A stretch of 48,453 nt of DNA, filler included, from Porpidia crustulata (GCA_964255105.1; 2 parts of 2 records of this genome joined end to end with filler, not necessarily neighbours in it), one strand, 5' to 3'. Counted from the first letter of the whole stretch, positions 11,983-24,304 are shown. Translations and numbers: made by a program. The notes: generated from the sequence alone by a model not told the origin.

Positions 11983-13740
11983 ATGGGTAGGTCGATGCCA
12001 AGCAAAGTCGGTCATATCCCAATCAAGGACATTAGATACTTCGGAAGCATTAGAGATCACAAGTATCGTACTCAGACTGGTCGCCGTACATTTCACGACT
12101 ACTTTGTGACCCACCTACCTTCCTCATCACTTCATCCAGACTCTCGCTCTTCAAATGGACCGCATCATCAGCTTCCTCGCTCAGCGTCGAGACCCCACGC
12201 TCCATCTTCACAAGGCCCTTCCCCCGCCCCGCTTCTAGGAATTACAAGGGATACCACCGTTGTCCGTATTCCCATTCGCAGCGCAAAGCACCATTTTGGT
12301 GTCTCGGTATCTCGTGGAACACGGCCCTACAATGAAGACACGTATCAAGCTGGTGTTATTGAGTTGCCCGCCTTTGCAAAGCGAGCGCCGCTAAATCTAA
12401 CGAGCAGAGCGCCTGCGAGTAGTCCCTTACAAGCATACAGGGAAGGGCAAAGGAAGCAGAAAGAGCAGCAAGAAAGGGGAGGGGATGATGGCGAAGGTAT
12501 ATCTGCGGAAGGGGTGAGTGGTGACCCACAGGTCTTCTACTTCGGGGTGTTCGACGGACATGGCGGGACAGATTGCAGTGAGTTTCTGACGGAAAAGCTA
12601 CAAGATTATCTGGAAGAGGCAGCGCGAAAGTATGGACTTCAATCCAGTCTTACGGGAGTAACTGTCACAAAGAAAGCACCGGAAAAGAGTCGGTCATCCC
12701 AGATAACGGAGAGGACCGCTATTGAGTCTACTACCCCTTCGGTATCTCCTGACTCGGACATCAATCCCGAAAGTACTATAGCATCTAGCGAGGATCATTT
12801 TACCGCCGACGCTCAGGATCGAGCCTCGACACTGCAAAATGATCTTACGGAAATTTGGCGCAAAACCGTAGGCGGCTACTTTCGACGATTTCAGCCCCAA
12901 GGCTTCTCCCCACCGCCAAGCTCATCAATCACTGCAGTCCTCACCTACGCCTTTCTTGCTGCCGACCTTTCCTTCATTACTACGCAGCTACGTCTCTCGG
13001 CGGCTTCTTCCGATTCTGTGGCCTCTGACGGCCCAATCAATGCCACAGACATCCATCCTTCCTCTACGTCTCACCATTCCCCTCTCAATGTGATCAAGCG
13101 TCCCTTTCTCGGTGGCTCTACAGCCTCTGTAGCTTTGATCAGCACCCCAACACCAACTCCTTTCTGGCATCCCTCCTCCCCGTCTACGCTACTCGTCGCT
13201 CATGTTGGCGATACTCGTATCCTCCTCTGCCAAACCTCCGACGGCGCTGCCATACCGCTGACGACAGACCATCACCCCTCTCAACCCTCGGAAGCCGCAC
13301 GGCTCCGCCGTTCGGCATTGACCTTCGTAACGGATTCTTTTGGCGAAGAACGCATGAGCGGCTTAGCTAACACCCGTGCCTTCGGCGACATGCGCTCCAA
13401 ACGTATGGGTGTATCTGCCGAACCGGAAATTCGCCGCGTCGAGCTCAGTCCAGCCGAATATAGCTTCTTGGTGCTAGTAAGCGACGGTGTCAGTGGGACT
13501 TGCAGTGACCAGGAAACCGTGGATATTGTGAAAGAAGCCAGAACACCTGAGCAGGGTGCGAGAGACGTGGTCAGCTTTGCGACAGAGGTCAGCAAAGAGG
13601 GGGACAATTGCACTTGTCTTGTAGTAAGATTAGGTGGATGGGAAAGGAGAAGTGAGGGAGGAGGCGGAGGAATGGGCACGAGGGAAGGGAGGGACTGGAG
13701 AAAGTCTGAGGCTGCAAATCCGAGGAATAGACGTACATGA
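11983..13740 (+). CDS. PTC6: PP2C-family protein phosphatase, mitochondrial Ptc6-like; intronless
   Basis: PP2C motifs RPYNED, FGVFDGHGG, GSTAS, AHVGDTR, LTTDHHP, LANTRAFGD, LVSDGV, GDNCT; basic N-terminus followed by FHDYFVTHLPSSSLHP. Exact start uncertain. Confidence 0.88.
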   Translation: MGRSMPSKVGHIPIKDIRYFGSIRDHKYRTQTGRRTFHDYFVTHLPSSSLHPDSRSSNGPHHQLPRSASRPHAPSSQGPSPAPLLGITRDTTVVRIPIRSAKHHFGVSVSRGTRPYNEDTYQAGVIELPAFAKRAPLNLTSRAPASSPLQAYREGQRKQKEQQERGGDDGEGISAEGVSGDPQVFYFGVFDGHGGTDCSEFLTEKLQDYLEEAARKYGLQSSLTGVTVTKKAPEKSRSSQITERTAIESTTPSVSPDSDINPESTIASSEDHFTADAQDRASTLQNDLTEIWRKTVGGYFRRFQPQGFSPPPSSSITAVLTYAFLAADLSFITTQLRLSAASSDSVASDGPINATDIHPSSTSHHSPLNVIKRPFLGGSTASVALISTPTPTPFWHPSSPSTLLVAHVGDTRILLCQTSDGAAIPLTTDHHPSQPSEAARLRRSALTFVTDSFGEERMSGLANTRAFGDMRSKRMGVSAEPEIRRVELSPAEYSFLVLVSDGVSGTCSDQETVDIVKEARTPEQGARDVVSFATEVSKEGDNCTCLVVRLGGWERRSEGGGGGMGTREGRDWRKSEAANPRNRRT

Positions 13741-14464
13741 AGAATATAAAGGTGTTGCAGAGATGTGTGAATACTGATGCTAGCCAGAATATGTATATAT
13801 GGGATCTACGGATGGTTTGGCGCGTCTTTGAAGCTGGGAACATGCATTGTACTTAGTTATGACTTCTGATTGAGTTTTAAACCCAAACGTTGTATTTGGA
13901 CAGTACTTCTACTGCAGGCTAATTCCAAGAGTGTGCTTAGTTTTTTGCTGGATTAGGAGCTGAAATCAACAATATTCGAGCGATAGTGTTTCAGTAGGCA
14001 GGTCTAGCCGAAGCTGCGGCTAGAAATTTCGAGGCCACCGTAGATTTCTTCTGGAGCTCCAGGAACAGCAGCGATAACGTGCTGACTGGTAGCAAACATA
14101 CCTCCACCTGGTGCCTAACCACCTCATAAAACCACTTTGACATTACGGTTTCTATATATCACAAGATAATCAGTACAGATCGAAAGCTACCGCCATTTTC
14201 GCTTTTACGCTGCGAGCTCTGTATTCTCAACTGTTGGGTTTTGAGATTAGCCAGAGGACTACGAGCGTGGATTGATCTTAGGTACAAGGATTCTCGCAAA
14301 CCTCAAGTCTTTCTCCTGTAGGTCAGCACTCTGGAGCTGCGCTCTCACTGGGCAGCAATTTTTCGTAAATAGAAGAACGAACAATTCAATTCGACGGTCA
14401 CTTCTAAAGAAGCCCCGGTTCCGAAATAATAATCGGAAACTGTATCAGCAAATTTATTGGCACA

Positions 14465-15475
14465 ATGAACGGGGTTAAGACAAGGAAGCAGGCGGTGCAA
14501 GCTGCTACTCCGACTTCCCAACGCATGAATGGCCATATAGACCGACGGGAGCGTCAAGGACAGAAGCATGAAGCATCCGAGAACATATTTCTCTTCTATC
14601 CAAACATAATCGGTAAGCCACTACCCGCTTCGACGCATGGTATATACTGAAGACCTAATTCATACCAACAGGTTACTCGCGAATCTTTCTTGCCATCGCC
14701 TCACTCTACTATATGCCTTTGCACCCCCGAACGTGCTCCATTCTCTACAGCGTATCGTGTCTTCTGGATGCCCTTGACGGTGTTGCAGCTCGCTATTTTC
14801 GCCAATCAACACAATTTGGTGCGGTCCTAGATATGGTCACTGATCGCTGCACCACCGCTTGCTTGCTGGTATTTCTTAGCTCTGCTTGGCCGAGATGGGC
14901 GCTGTTGTTCCAGGGGTTGATAAGTCTTGATCTGGCGAGCCATTACATGCACATGTACGCGACGTTGACGATGGGAGGCTCGGGGCATAGCCACAAGAAG
15001 GTAGAAAAGGGCCGGAGCAGACTATTGCACCTCTACTACACGAACAAGGTGGGTGTAGACCCCAGTGTTGCATATACAGACACTCGCTTATACTTCCTAG
15101 AACGTTCTCTTCGTATTCTGCGCCTTCAACGAACTCTTCTTCATCGCCCTGTACTTACTATCCTTCTCCTCTCCAATCCTTTCCCCCTCCCTCCTTCCAA
15201 TCAACAACTCTCCAGGTGCCTCTGCCCAGCCGGGTTCACCAACACATCCCTCGTCAACTCTCTTCGCCACACCAGGAAGTGCATGGGCCATGGAGCTGGC
15301 GAGAGCGAATAAGATGGACAGTTTCTGGCCCTGGGTGATTGCTGGCGTCAGCTCCCCGGTCATGGCTGCGAAACAGTTTCTCAATGTCGTGCAACTGATC
15401 AAGGCGAGCAAATGGCTTGCTGAAGGGGATTTGGATAACAGGCGGGCGCAGGGGCTGCCTAAGAAGGTGAGGTGA
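14465..15475 (+). CDS. PIS1: Phosphatidylinositol synthase (CDP-DAG:inositol 3-phosphatidyltransferase); introns 14613-14671, 15049-15100
   Basis: ENIFLFYPNIIGYSR; CDP-alcohol phosphotransferase motif LLDALDGVAAR...FGAVLDMVTDR; LDLASHYMHMY; SHKK; FCAFNELFF. Confidence 0.95.
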
Positions 15476-17052
15476 CGTGCACCGCTGAATGTCTATCGAA
15501 CTTTCCTCGACATCTGGGCGGTTTCCTCTTGTAATAGTTATGCTGTAAAGTCCAGAGCATGGCGTTGGGGTTGTCAATCCAATGCTTCACATCTCAGATT
15601 CCATGGTGCTGATGAACAAATGGGTTATCTATAATTTGTGTCTAGCACACCAGGGGATTATACGAGAATAGTCTAATAGGCATTGAAGATTCAGATGGGC
15701 ATGGTGGGCGATTAGATGCATCATATGTAAACCCTTCTATTAGCATTTTCTATCTAAGTGCAGGATCATCTGCGGTGCATGTCGATGACGAGAGCAATTC
15801 ATCTACCAAGATAATTTATCCTCGAATTTGAGCCGTAGATTACCTCAAAAATTAAACAGCCACATCTAGATTGGCAGTAGTGTCCAACGCCGCAAGCTAC
15901 TGGTAAGAACAGGCGGCCTGAGACTGCCATTGGTCGTTGGTTGTTAGTCGTAGGTCGTCTTGCCGTTATGACTCGGAGCTGAAAAGCTAAAAAAGGCCAG
16001 CGAAGGAGGGGAACGAGATGAAAGCAAGGCTGTTATCGACCGTGAAGAGAGAGGGGAGCCTTTTGATGTCGAAGGTAAGAGATTAAGTTCATCGCGAATT
16101 TGAAGAGATAGAATCTCGAAGATTAGGAGGAGAATAGAATGCATGAATGTGTGCAGACGCCCATCATCTGAATGAAGAATAAATAGAATTAGCCTTCGCT
16201 TGTAGATTGAGCCCTTTGGTCGCTTAGGTGCCCTCGATGTAATCGATACTGCACCCTGGACTTGAGATACAAATCGCTAGCCAGGTGCCCGGGAGACAGT
16301 CAATCGTGAGCCTCTCACTCCCCCAAATCATTTCCTTTGCCGCAGGACTGGCTTCGGAGCACCAAGGTCCCATCATACGATCCAAAAGCTGAGCCCGCCA
16401 TGAAGTTGCTCCAGCAGGCCTGGTAGGGCCCAAGGTCCTTGGTACAGGGTCCTGTCCTGCATGCCATTTCGCTCCCGTCTACCAGGAATGCAGATTAGCC
16501 TACCACTTTTTTTTTGAAGACCACTCCTGTTCCATGCATGCCGTAGCCTTTATTGTTGAAATCTTGCTCTTGTGCTTTCCTTCTGTCTAGTGGACGTCTA
16601 GAAGAGTTGTGTGAATTGGGATATATTCGTGTTGTATCTTTCTGCTCGAGTATGTATGATTGGAGAACGGAAACCTGCTTGAGGAACAATTGCTTATCTC
16701 GAGAACAGCCTGCTGTGACGCTTTGCTCTACCGGAACCCTTGTAAAAGCTCTTCTATCTCAGCTTCGAATCACGACTGTGCATCAGTGCTTCGACGGCTC
16801 ACTCTTATTGCCGAATTTCTCTACGCTTTCCTGACGCAGCCAAAGTTCGTTGAATAAGTCAAAATCTACAAAGGCCAAGCATTGCCCCTTGACCACTCCA
16901 ACACTATCGAAGCTTGAAATAATAAGTCGAGAAAAGTCAAAGTCAATTGTCCAGCATATACACTTCCAGCTGTGGATAGAAGTCTTCCCCCCGCCTCCCC
17001 GAACACAACACTAGACGGAAGCTTCGACAAGAGATACTCCTAGTGACTTGCT

Positions 17053-19727
17053 ATGAGTTGGGAGGAGCCAGTACACAGGTACGTTATCTCGTTAGCTGCT
17101 GTGTGTCGTCCATCAACATCGATCGGTGCTTGTATACTTCTTCCATACTTAGTGTCTCTCTGAGCTGTAGCTCATCCATTGCTACATAGCTCCTCTTCGA
17201 TAGCTTCTATAGCCCTATCAATATGAGATCAAAGATGCTAACATCTCTCACTCAACAGCTTCAGCTACCCATGCGGGGAACCTCCGACACCGATCAAGAC
17301 CCCAACGTCTGCAACCTTCGCTCTAAGCCCCTTGCAAACACCAAAAGCGGAATCAAGTTTCTATGACCCACGTGTGACTTGGAATACTGCCGACCCATGG
17401 GCTACGACCCCGGATCTTCTCAAGACTCCCAAACGCTCTACTTTCCAGTCTTTTACAAAGAGTCCCACATTATCCCAGAGACGAGTTCAGCGTTTATCGA
17501 GTCAAGATATCGATGCACAAATAGCCTCTCATGTGCATCATCTCTCGCCCAATCCAAATCTACCATTACCACCGGTAGATCCGGCTCGTCAACTATCATC
17601 ATCCCCCATTCCATTGTCTCCCTCTGCTAAGGAAGTGTGCCATCGAACTTCTGAGCCGAACCTAAAGCTTGACACTAGCCTAGAACAGGAACTCGACTCA
17701 AGTATGCGCTCTGCAGGCTCCATGCAAACCCCGCCACCAACAAGTACTTCTGCATCGAGACGGAAAGCTCAACAAGCTCAAGTGGCAAAGCTCGTGAAGG
17801 AGTCCGCCGCCAATGGGAGACGACTATCGTCGCCTAATTTCTCAATACAAGACAACGCTGATAGCACGATGTCTCAGGTGGAGACATCCCCTAATTTTTT
17901 CCCTGGTCTACAATTCTCTCCAGAAGTATTTGAAGACTTCCCGATCGCTGGCCCCGCCACTGCCCCCGTCTATCCCCAGCACAAGCTGTTTTGGGATACA
18001 GAACAGAACAACGATGACATGAACATTGATTTTTCAACCGAAGATACCTTTGGATTTGGAATAGGGATCCAGAAAACACTAGATCCTTTCGTATCGGCCT
18101 TCGACCAAGCAGCTACAGCCCATGCGTCAAATCATGAATTTGGCACGAGCACAATCGACGTCATGGGACTTCCAATGTCGACGACCGTTAATTCTGCTGG
18201 CGAGACGAGCTTCATATCAACTTCAGGACGAACGGAGAAGATGCCTTCTTTTGGTAATGCCGTTGATCCGAGCTTGCTTTTCAGCTCACCCGGTCAATCA
18301 TCGAAGCGACTCGAAACGCCGCAGCTTCAAATAAGCAAGAATGAAAACCTCCAGCCTTACGTACATCAGATTCGGGACGCTCAGCTTGAGAAAGAGATGG
18401 AATTCACTCGCAGACCCAAGAGACGACGGGGACCAGAAGCCGACTCGCCCGCTGTGAAGGCAGCCTTGAAAGCATTACGTGATGGCAAAAGTGAGTCTAG
18501 TGGTAGCGAACAAGTGATTAGAGACGACGTCGACTTACCAGTCGATAATCGAGCACGCAAAACACGATTCTCATCCGGTCCACCAGAAAGGCACAGCCAC
18601 AGACCGTCTTCACCAATAAAAAAGCGGAGTAAGAGTCAAATGCATCGCCAAAGCAGTGCTCCACAATCTCAAAGGAAATCAGCACTTACTCTGACTATCG
18701 ATGCAACTGGAAGAGCCAAGACCGAAACGAAATTTGTAGACGAAGTCACTGGGCCTGCAGCTGAGAATGACATGGACATTGATAGTGCCTCGCAGATTAG
18801 CGAAAGTACTTCGTCCTCTTCTGATGATGATGATGCTAGAATGGCAATCAGCCAGCATCAATCTTTCAACTTTCCGGTGCAACAACCCAAAAAGCCGAAA
18901 CTCGCGCGATTTGTTACAGATTCCAAGACACACTCTCAGAAGTCTTCGTATGCGTCCACTATGGCCACGAGTAGTACGATAAATAGCCAGCCAGGCCACG
19001 ACGCATCGAGAAGGCGCGTGATATCGGAATTTGCGCTCCCTTTGGACACTCGTGTTCAACCGAAGGCGAACCAATTTGATTTCACCCCTTCATCAGCAAC
19101 AATATCCGAACGTCCCAACGGTGTGAATGGCGAAATGGATAGCGATGCTGAGATCGGCAGAGAGTCTGATGATGGCAAAGGTGACGCACAGTCTGAGCTA
19201 AAGAAAATCATGCGGAAACGGTCACAGAACGGCTTCAAGCAAACACAACGGCCTGGTTTCGGACGGTTTCCAGCTCCGCAATATCAGGCTCATCCAACAT
19301 ACGGATCCCAAATACATCCATACCCGACGGGGGTTAACGGGACAAGTCAGAGTACCTATATAAATATATCACCATCCACCATCACCGATCCGGATTTCGC
19401 GACCCCTAGCACCACACGGACGAACGACAGCACCCGTTGTGTGTGCCATGTCACGGACACGGACGATGAGCTGATGATTTTGTGGTAAGCAGTGGCTTTT
19501 ATCGGCGCGGAGTAGAATGCTGATCGAATGACAGTGAGTCTTGTAAGAAATGGCTGCATGTTCGGTGCATCGGTCTGAACCGCAACAAGCTTCCCGAGGT
19601 GTACTTGTGTGTATTCTGCACAGGCACGACACCTAATGTACGAGGAGGCCGCGTTCGGGAGCCGGTCAGATCAGCATTCCCGCCGCCCGGCTCTCCCTTG
19701 GCCCACAAGTCCCATCAATACCGATGA
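17053..19727 (+). CDS. PHD-finger protein (long disordered S/P-rich region, C-terminal PHD); introns 17079-17258, 19485-19534
   Basis: The spliced C-terminus gives the C4HC3 pattern CVC...ILCESCKKWLHVRC...VYLCVFC. Exon 1 (MSWEEPVHS) joins in frame via GTACGT..AACAG. Confidence 0.85.
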
Positions 19728-20685
19728 ATCGGAGCAGCCATGGGTTGGCGGGTCCTCCGACATATCCTTTTCACCAGGGACGACTGTGAAGAGTAGTATT
19801 ATTGTCATCTATGTGAGGTATACAGCGTCCATTCTTGGCTATCTTGATTGAATAGAGATTTCGGCATCTTTAGCGCCAGCACAGCGTTGTTTATTTGGCA
19901 CCTTCTGTACTTTCATCTTTGTTTCTGGTGTCCGGCGAATTAGCAGGACTAATCTAAATAGGACTACGGTCTGATAGTGAGATATATGTAGCCAATAGTG
20001 TTTGAGAAGCGTTGATACAGACTACTTACACAGATCATATACGAAGTGGCCAATGTTCTTCACATTTGCCAATCCAGTAGTATTACACGTAGAGACTGTG
20101 AGAACATCTTGCTTGCCGCTTATCCGTCAAGTCCGTACGTGGCACGTGCTCTTCGTGCTGTCCTGCCACTCCCTCGGGTGATAAAACGATTTGTTCCGTC
20201 ATGCAGATGCAGGCTAAACCGTATACGGTCTATATTGCGGGCTGACGTGACTGCAGGGGAAAAATAAACATTCACCCCGGATTCTGTCGAACGCGAGCGA
20301 AAGAATCATCGTCCATTGTCCATTGCCTGGAAACGTTCGCTGGATCAACCGTTCATCCCTCTGAATTGCGCTGCTGGCTTTCGACTTTGATTTGTATCAG
20401 AGTTGGCAGGTAGGCAGGATCCCGAGTGAGGCAAAAGGATGGAAGTAAGACCGGGGTCGCGGCACAGGGCGGAGCCATGCTTGCCGTTGCTCGCGTTGGA
20501 TTCCATGTTTCTGACGTATCACCGTCGCTGACTATTATTATTCTGATTCTCATGATGCAGTCCATTGATTACCTATCCATTCACAGCATCCTATTCATAT
20601 CCCACTTTCGACTAACCTTCCCACCATCAATGCCTCCCCACAGAACCCAATTGCACCCGGAGTATTCTCAACAAAACGGCCGTCA

Positions 20686-23424
20686 ATGGATGACCTTGTG
20701 AGCATGGCGTCTCAGGATTCCATGAATCCTGCACAGATGCCTTCTGATACCGTGCCTCCGAACCCGCCCTTACGATTGGATATTCCACGGCCACAATTCC
20801 AATCCATCATTCCCTCGGACTATGGCGAATCGGAGTCAGAGGAAACGCACCTTGATGCAGCGCTTCCGGAAGAAAATGCACACGCCGTAATGGGAGTTAG
20901 CATTGGTAGGGAACAATCGAGACTCATGTCGCCAAGAACACCGGCCGCGGAAAAGACTGCGGCAATGGAACACCGTGGAGGGATGTTTGATGGCGTTGGG
21001 GAAGAAGATTCCACCGAGGAAGAAGTTGCATCACAGAGTGGTGCACCTGAAGCATCAGACACGCGGGAGCCTCTCCCGTCAAATCAAGAGCTTCCGTCGC
21101 CATGGACCGCAACGCCCAAGTTCTTTGAAAAAACCGATATGGGAGACCAAAGTTACCTCATTCGGAAGCCATGGGTTTCCTCGGGGCCCACGGGCATGCT
21201 TGCGGATCTCAATGTCAGGCGCTTCCTCTCAAGCTTTAATCTTCCATCCCTTCCCAGGACTTCAAGCTTGAAAGACTTTTCAATACCAAGTATATCATCG
21301 ATGCTGGGCGGTAACAAAGAGCGATCGCCGCAACGGAAGGCTGGCGCTAGACAAAAGAGAGCAAACACCGTCTCCGTTTCCCGCTCCACCTATAATAACG
21401 ATAGCCAGCTTAGCAAGTGTGGAAACCAGAACGTTGTCCGAGGGCGGCCGTCGGGTTCACCTCAATCCCCTGCGATTGGCGCACAAGCTGCAGGATTTAT
21501 ACCTGCTCGCAGAGAGATTACACGTACATCTTCTCAATATACTTTGGAAAGCGGTCGACTAGCCGCCCCCCAAGCACCTCGAGACCATATGCTCAGACGC
21601 TCTACTTCAGATCAGTCTTTACTGTTGCGGCGTGTCACGTCCAGCGCTACTTCGCTAGGGGACGACAGTAGATGGGAGCACGTGCAAGATCAGGTCAATA
21701 GCAGATTCAAGGCTGTGATAGATAGCCTACAAGACTCCAGCATTAAGATTCCTAGCTTGCCCAGTCTACCTAATCTTCATTTTCATGGGTTCCGTCCCGA
21801 GTTTATGCGGAGTAGAGCGAACAGTGACGAGAAGCAGCCTACGCATAGCCGTGATGGGAACGCCAATGCGTCCCTCAGCACTCGTGATGTAGATGGGCCG
21901 CGCTCGGCTTCCCAGCAACACTCTACTACACATGATTTGAGAAATGTTCGAAATCCGTCCAAGGCGGAGGCTTCATACCTAGATCAAGCTCTCGAAGAGT
22001 TGACTGGAGACATTATAATCATGGGCGGATACAGAGGCTCGGTGCTGCGATCTGCGAGACCTCCGCATAGTCAGCAGTGGGTACCAATCAAGGTTGGCCT
22101 CAACATTCGCAAAGTGAACCTTGAAGTTGGACTGGAGCCGGAAGACGAGGTAAACATGCAAAGCTCAATCGTTCCATCAGGGATGTTGACCCATATCGGG
22201 CCGGTGGATATGGGCCGACGATTGATCAAACGTCTTCGACACTGCAAGAACGCTCAAGAAGGAAGATTAAGGGTCTTTGACTACGGCTATGACTGGAGAC
22301 TTAGCCCTGCACTCTTGAGTAGGAGGCTCATTGAAATATTGAAGATGCTACCATCCAATGCTGCGAGTGTTCCTCGGCATGAAAGGGGAGCGACTGTCCT
22401 TGCGCACAGTATGGGAGGACTCATCACTAGACATGCTGTCAACCAAAGACCAGATCTGTTCGCTGGAGTGGTATATGCAGGCGTGCCGCAACACTGCATC
22501 AATATCCTTGGCCCCCTTCGCAACGGAGACGAGGTACTCCTCAGCTCCAAGGTTCTGACAGCTCAGGTGAATTTTACATTCCGGACGACGTTTGTCTTGC
22601 TTCCGGATAATGGCAAATGCTTTGTCGACAGGGAAACGAAAGAGGAGTATCCTGTGGACTTCTTCAACGTTGAGTCGTATAGAGAACATTCCCTCTCTCC
22701 TTGCATCGCTCCAGCCCTCCCTCCTCTCCAACCTGAAAAGAAAGGCCTCCTAGGATCGGTTACCGAGTCTCTCACCTCCCTCCCGCTGCCTGGCCGTAAA
22801 GCGTCCACCTCCGTCTCCTCGACTCGAGATCGTCCTGATGACCCCAAGCAGGGCCTCAGTGATGTCGTCAATACCGCCGCCATCAAACTCGACGACATGG
22901 CCAATGCAACCGGCAACGTTATGGAACCTCAACCTAATACCCACTACAACCCTCATCCCCCAAACTCCATCTCAACGCGCTCCACTATCCCCCTCCCCAA
23001 AGCAATTCAGTATCTAGAGCGCACGCTTTCGGAGACTCTCGAATTCAAGCGTGCCCTCGCCTTCAACCCAGCTCACTCCTCCCAAAATCTCTACCCTCCC
23101 TTGGCCGTCCTCTACAGCACTTCCGTTCCCACTGTCGTCGCCGCTCGAGTATCCAGCCGTGAAGCCATCAAGCACGCCGATGCGTATGATGATCTGGCAT
23201 TCGCTAGTGGTGACGGTGTGTGTCTTGCCAAAGCGGCTATGTTGCCGGAGGGGTATAGATGTGTCAGACGGGGAAGGGTAAGAACAGAGAGGGGGCATGT
23301 AGGGCTTTTGGGAGATTTAGAGGCGGTCGGGCAGTGTCTTCTAGCGGTTTTGGAGGGGAGGAGGAGAGAAGTGGGTTTGGGGGTTGGGACTGACGAAAGG
23401 GGTATCAGAGTTAAGGAAGGCTAG
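20686..23424 (+). CDS. Alpha/beta-hydrolase of the LCAT/PGAP1-like type (resembles yeast YJR098C family); intronless
   Basis: IMGGYRGSVL, YGYDWRLS, nucleophile elbow AHSMGG, SGDGV and HVGLLGD (Ser-Asp-His triad). Confidence 0.85.
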   Translation: MDDLVSMASQDSMNPAQMPSDTVPPNPPLRLDIPRPQFQSIIPSDYGESESEETHLDAALPEENAHAVMGVSIGREQSRLMSPRTPAAEKTAAMEHRGGMFDGVGEEDSTEEEVASQSGAPEASDTREPLPSNQELPSPWTATPKFFEKTDMGDQSYLIRKPWVSSGPTGMLADLNVRRFLSSFNLPSLPRTSSLKDFSIPSISSMLGGNKERSPQRKAGARQKRANTVSVSRSTYNNDSQLSKCGNQNVVRGRPSGSPQSPAIGAQAAGFIPARREITRTSSQYTLESGRLAAPQAPRDHMLRRSTSDQSLLLRRVTSSATSLGDDSRWEHVQDQVNSRFKAVIDSLQDSSIKIPSLPSLPNLHFHGFRPEFMRSRANSDEKQPTHSRDGNANASLSTRDVDGPRSASQQHSTTHDLRNVRNPSKAEASYLDQALEELTGDIIIMGGYRGSVLRSARPPHSQQWVPIKVGLNIRKVNLEVGLEPEDEVNMQSSIVPSGMLTHIGPVDMGRRLIKRLRHCKNAQEGRLRVFDYGYDWRLSPALLSRRLIEILKMLPSNAASVPRHERGATVLAHSMGGLITRHAVNQRPDLFAGVVYAGVPQHCINILGPLRNGDEVLLSSKVLTAQVNFTFRTTFVLLPDNGKCFVDRETKEEYPVDFFNVESYREHSLSPCIAPALPPLQPEKKGLLGSVTESLTSLPLPGRKASTSVSSTRDRPDDPKQGLSDVVNTAAIKLDDMANATGNVMEPQPNTHYNPHPPNSISTRSTIPLPKAIQYLERTLSETLEFKRALAFNPAHSSQNLYPPLAVLYSTSVPTVVAARVSSREAIKHADAYDDLAFASGDGVCLAKAAMLPEGYRCVRRGRVRTERGHVGLLGDLEAVGQCLLAVLEGRRREVGLGVGTDERGIRVKEG

Positions 23425-23803
23425 GCTAGGTTTCTTTCGATTTGAGAGGCTCGACAGGGGAGTCCTCAATCGGAATTAGATTAGGCCACGGCTTGGATCT
23501 GCTTTGGCTTTACCTTGTCCCTAGTCTACACTTCTAGCAAGCATTTTCGGTACAGGGACGTCCAGAGCACACGTATTTGTACCTACCTGGTGTATGAGCG
23601 GCTCTTCTAGAAGCTTTCATTAAGCTTTCATTGATGCCCTCGTATGATTCTCAAGTCCCGTTCATTCTCTGGGGTTTTCTTATAAGTTGTTCATGTTGCG
23701 GACAAACATCAGAGACGAATGGTGGCTCGGGTAAACTTGTATTGCGAATGGTCTGCTGGATATCGGACCGTTCCGCCGGCACTACCCCGCTGTGGGTAGA
23801 TCC

Positions 23804-23811
23804 TATATAAA
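23804..23811 (+). promoter_or_regulatory. Candidate TATA box (TATATAAA) upstream of the nitronate monooxygenase gene
   Basis: Consensus TATA about 300 bp before the ATG at 24111, followed by a CT-rich tract and preceded by CGG/CCG triplets. Confidence 0.35.
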
Positions 23812-24110
23812 GCCAGTCCCCTCGCCGTCTCTTTTCATTGTTTATAGAGGTCCCGAGAGCTGAGATAATAGCATTGCAAATCGTTCAGTTTACAGCTACA
23901 GCTGAGTGATCAAGTCTCACGATGTGTTAGCATGTTCCGCATCATGTAATAACCTCGACTGCCGCTTTACGGCTGACAGTCCCAATAATCCCAGCCCTGT
24001 GATAGACCTAAAGGGTTAACAAGAACAGTTTTGAATAACTTTCTTCTTGTTCAGCATAAGCTATCTGGCAGAAAAGACTATCATATCGTCTCTACAGCCG
24101 CAAAATCAAC

Positions 24111-24204
24111 ATGGCCTCCGAATCCAAATCCCTCCAGTCCATCTACCCATGGACTAAATCCCCCATCATCGCGAATGCCCCCATGTATACCATCGCCACC
24201 GCCC
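24111..24204 (+). CDS. Nitronate monooxygenase / 2-nitropropane dioxygenase, 5' fragment truncated by the assembly gap
   Basis: Translates MASESKSLQSIYPWTKSPIIANAPMYTIATA; YPWT..P.I..APM matches the N-terminus of fungal NMO proteins. Good start context (TCAAC ATGG). Not in the ORF track. Confidence 0.7.
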
Positions 24205-24304
24205 NNNNNNNNNNNNNNNNNNNNNNNNNNNNNNNNNNNNNNNNNNNNTTAATTAATTAANNNNNNNNNNNNNNNNNNNNNNNNNNNNNNNNNNNNNNNN
24301 NNNN
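24205..24304. other. Artificial scaffold gap/linker: 44 N + TTAATTAATTAA + 44 N
   Basis: Exactly 100 nt and symmetric; the 12-mer is a palindrome with TAA stops in all six frames. Confidence 0.97.

Noticed and set aside
1272..15475. SCS7 plus PIS1 as an inositol-sphingolipid gene cluster
   Set aside because: About 12 kb apart and separated by unrelated genes; more simply ordinary synteny.
23860..23900. GCTGAGAT reminiscent of a TPP riboswitch upstream of the NMO gene
   Set aside because: The downstream conserved elements (AACYTGAT, GNTAATRCCNGCG) are absent.
24249..24260. TTAATTAATTAA palindrome as a biological element (e.g. TTAA transposon target)
   Set aside because: Centred within symmetric N runs; an assembly linker.
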